Positions 62,875-64,000 of a stretch of 64,000 nt of DNA are shown piece by piece. How positions within the stretch are numbered: the first letter of the stretch is position 1; every line of letters begins with the position of its first letter. The stretch lies in contig JABVCE010000019.1 in NCBI GenBank assembly GCA_014905635.1, positions 372,001 through 436,000 of the forward strand, given 5' to 3'. Both the position numbers and the translations under genes were made by a program. Below the pieces are notes generated by a model that saw only the letters and a program-made list of their open reading frames with translations, was not told where the DNA came from and ran no database searches. The stretch is from Scenedesmus sp. PABB004. Lineage: Eukaryota.

Positions 62875-64000
62875 TCACGCGCAGCCGAGGGCGTGTAGCA
62901 GGAACGCGCACTTCTCGGCGCGCGCCGCGAGCCGCGCGCCGCCGCCGCTCGCGCCGCCATGCCCCGCCGCGAGGTCGGTGCGCAGCAGCACCGGCGCGCC
63001 GCCGCGCGGCCCGCCGCCGCCCGCGGCGCGCAGCGCGGCGACGAACTTGGCGGGGCCCCAGTACGGCACGCGGTGGTCGGCGAGGCTCGCCGTCACGAGG
63101 AGCGCCGGGTATCTCGACGCCGCCGCCGCGGCGTCCCCGCCCGCGTCACCGCCCGCGTCGCCGCCGCCGGCGCCGGCGCCGCGTCGGCCGTCGCCCAGGC
63201 CCACCGCCGGCGGCAGGTTGGCGTAGGGATCGTACGCCGCGATGCACCGCCGCGCCGCCTGCGCGGTTCAGGGTTCAGGCGGAGGGGGGCGGCGTCGGGC
63301 GTCGGGCGCGGCCGCGAGGGCGCCGCTGAGAGCGCGCAGGGGGGCCGCCGCGCGCCGACGACGCAGCGCCCCCACCCGCCGCCCCACCTCGTCCGCCAGC
63401 GGGTCGCCCCACTCGCGCCGCTCCTGCGGCGCACGCGGCGGCGCGCGGGCGGCTCGGGCGCCGCGCCGCGCGGCGCGCCTCCCCGCCCCTCGGCCGCCCT
63501 GAACCTCAACGCCCCTGAGCCCCAAGGGCTCAGACCCTAAACCCTTTAGACCCGTGCGCCCTCCTGCGCCGCACCTTGACTGTGAGGGGCAGGGATGGGT
63601 CGGTCATTGCTCCCAGCACATCCAGGAAGGGAACGTCGAGCACCGCGGCGCCGGCCCACCCCGGCGCGGCGCCGAGCGCGCCGCCGAGCGCGAGCCCGCC
63701 CGCGGAGCGGCCCCACGCGGCGAGGCGCGCCGGCCGCGTGTAGGCCGTGCGCCCGGCGCCGCCGGAGGCGCAGAGGTGCGCCGCGGCGGCGCGCACGTCG
63801 TCGAACGTGCGGGGCTTGCGCCGGCGCGCGCCGGCCGCGTGCCACGCCGCGCCGAGCTCACCGCCGCCGCGCACGTGTGCGGTCGCGAGCACCACGCCCC
63901 GGTCGAGCAGCGCCAGGTCGGCGGGGGCAAAGCCGGGCCACTGGACTGAGCCATAGGCACCGTACCTGCGCCGCGCGGTGCGGGCAGTGCGGCGGTGCGG
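62875..64000 (-). CDS. Oligopeptidase B / prolyl oligopeptidase (S9A), 3' part only
   Basis: YGAYG; AHVRGGGELGAAWH; nucleophile motif GRSAGG; VPFLDV; EWGDP; ADHRV (catalytic Asp); AGHGG (catalytic His); ends FLLHALGCA* at 62875. Confidence 0.93.

Noticed and set aside
1..64000. Introner-like family of near-identical introns, or a transposase/reverse transcriptase gene
   Set aside because: By eye, introns share only short motifs rather than extended identity, and I recognised no transposase, RT or integrase motifs. An all-versus-all intron alignment would be needed to exclude this fully.

Overview
Nuclear DNA of a eukaryote: extremely GC-rich, with many short introns. It is most likely a chlorophyte green alga, possibly Sphaeropleales/Selenastraceae such as Raphidocelis or Monoraphidium; this is inferred from composition and gene content, not from a database match. 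Nearly all long ORFs in the track are GC artefacts, so I rebuilt genes from conserved exon peptides and splice sites. Thirteen spliced genes can be supported, in order: VIP1/PPIP5K (partial), a DnaJ-FN3-UIM protein, a secreted Cys-rich repeat protein, cytosolic IleRS, an mTERF protein, a Pol nu/theta-like family A polymerase with an apparent 1-nt frameshift, an SnRK2-like kinase, a divergent GH47 mannosidase, a secreted PAN-like Cys-rich protein, a second Cys-rich repeat protein, a GAF + TKL kinase, a type I membrane protein, and oligopeptidase B (partial). The most notable observations are: (1) a polarised intron grammar, with telomere-like GGGTTTAGGG/GGGTTCAGGG after donors and the complement CCCTAAAC/CCCTGAAC before acceptors; (2) at least 12 GC-AG introns; (3) a 6-nt micro-exon; (4) two surface-protein genes each bracketed by degenerate direct duplications of neighbouring sequence. 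I found no CRISPR array, rRNA, tRNA or transposase. Gene spans include introns, and exon boundaries were read by eye.
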